From an uncultured Oscillospiraceae bacterium (lineage in GTDB: Bacteria; Bacillota; Clostridia; Oscillospirales; Oscillospiraceae): 64,000 nt of DNA. The position numbers and the translations under genes were made by a program. The notes under the pieces were generated by a model, which worked only from the letters and a program-made list of their open reading frames with translations, was not told where the DNA came from and made no database searches. Below are positions 63,158-64,000 of the stretch, one piece after another (position 1 is the first letter of the stretch; every line of letters starts with the position of its first letter). The stretch lies in the NCBI GenBank assembly GCA_900754965.1, contig CAAEEO010000004.1:9912-73911 (forward strand), in the 5' to 3' direction.

Positions 63158-64000
63158 TTATGTATTGGCTTTGTACTGGCTGTCATAATTATTCTGCATA
63201 CAGGAGATGACAGAAACCAGTACAGAGTTGACGGGAGTGGGAATGCCGTACTTCTTGCCATACTTGACGATGGCGCCGTTGAGTACGGAAATTTCAGTTT
63301 GGCGCTGATGGATGAGCACATCCTGGGCCATAGAGGGGTAATAAGTGGAGAACCCTGCGGCAAGGCGGGGCATTTCTGCCTGCATCTGCGGCCAAAGATC
63401 ACCGGCGCCGTCGGCCTGGGCCACGGCACAGCCTTCTTTCCAGACCTGCCAGACCAAATCCTGGCCAAATTCGTCAGCCAGCAGGGGGCCGACTTTTATA
63501 CGGGTCACAGCGGAAAGCGTGTTGTAACCGGAATTGGAGATGGCTTTCTTCCAGATAAAAGGTTTGATATTTTCTTCGTAGCGGGCCTCACATCCACCGC
63601 GGATGAAAGTTTCCTGGAGATACTGGCCGACCCGGTCGTTCAGCACACTTTTCCGAGAGGCACCAAAGTGCATGATGATTCCGGATTCCGGTTTGGAAAC
63701 GCATTTGCCCGGACAGGGCAGTTCCGTGCCGATGGTACCGAATCCGCAAATGATTCGATCCTCCGGCAGGTATTTTGCAAGAATATCGTCGTTGCCCAAG
63801 CCGTTCTGCAAGGAGACTACCACGGTTTCCGGGCCGATACAGGGCATCACGGAGGGCATTACACTGTCGGTTTGGGTGGCTTTCACCATCAGGATTACCA
63901 CGTCCATCACGCCGATGTGTTCAGCGGTCGGTGCGGTATGAAATCCGGTGAGTACTTCCTCGCCGGCGGGGGACACAAAGGTCAGTCCCTGTTGGGCGAT
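63158..64000 (-). CDS. Second PanE/ApbA-family paralog, N-terminus beyond the right edge
   Basis: YYPSMAQDVLIHQRQTEISVLNG and a C-terminus parallel to its neighbour (GIPTPVNSVLVSVISCMQNNYDSQY versus GIPTPTNDILTLVISCIQENYDNQY). The frame stays open to position 64000. Confidence 0.8.
   Translation of the reverse strand: MAQQGLTFVSPAGEEVLTGFHTAPTAEHIGVMDVVILMVKATQTDSVMPSVMPCIGPETVVVSLQNGLGNDDILAKYLPEDRIICGFGTIGTELPCPGKCVSKPESGIIMHFGASRKSVLNDRVGQYLQETFIRGGCEARYEENIKPFIWKKAISNSGYNTLSAVTRIKVGPLLADEFGQDLVWQVWKEGCAVAQADGAGDLWPQMQAEMPRLAAGFSTYYPSMAQDVLIHQRQTEISVLNGAIVKYGKKYGIPTPVNSVLVSVISCMQNNYDSQYKANT

Overview
Two parts. (A) 1 to about 23290 is the terminal ~23 kb of an integrated conjugative or mobilizable element. 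Every gene is on the minus strand: pcfB-like (partial), relaxase, mobC, a hairpin-rich candidate oriT, then a tightly coupled leading-region operon. That operon holds an orphan DPPY DNA methyltransferase, a MetK / PAPS-reductase-like / beta-helix / DUF4406 cassette, an IS5-family insertion, GGCT plus amidoligase, ParM/ParR, a ParB-like protein and SSB. It is followed by a sortase plus 1725-aa adhesin module, a DUF3991/Toprim protein and an RHH regulator. The element abuts the 3' end of tRNA-Pro(CGG) at 23292-23367. No integrase or T4SS gene lies in the window, so the other end is beyond the left edge. (B) 23481-64000 is ordinary high-GC Clostridia-type chromosome, probably Oscillospiraceae/Ruminococcaceae-like (inference from gene content only). 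It carries a SpoIVFA/FB-like peptidase pair, a radical SAM pair, rplS, lepB, rbgA, rnhB, yraN, thrC, tig-clpP-clpX-lon-engB, scpAB, ytfJ, dacB-like, rluB, cmk-plsC-ispH/rpsA, deoC, infC-rpmI-rplT, a Bce-like ABC plus two-component module, PfpI, VanY-like, and a BaiE-like SnoaL protein next to two tandem ketopantoate-reductase paralogs. The best candidates for undescribed biology are two leading-region modules: the MetK-centred seven-gene cassette ending in the orphan methyltransferase (2514-7569), and the amidoligase / small ORF / GGCT triad (8694-10475). Other notable points are an adhesin ending in LPRTGY-stop with no membrane tail, lon split at an A7 run that is also a -1 slippery heptamer, an IS5 insertion with a CTAA duplication, and a probable AUC start for infC. 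All homology calls come from motifs recognised by eye and from memory of protein families. No searches were run, and hairpin and promoter coordinates were indexed by hand.
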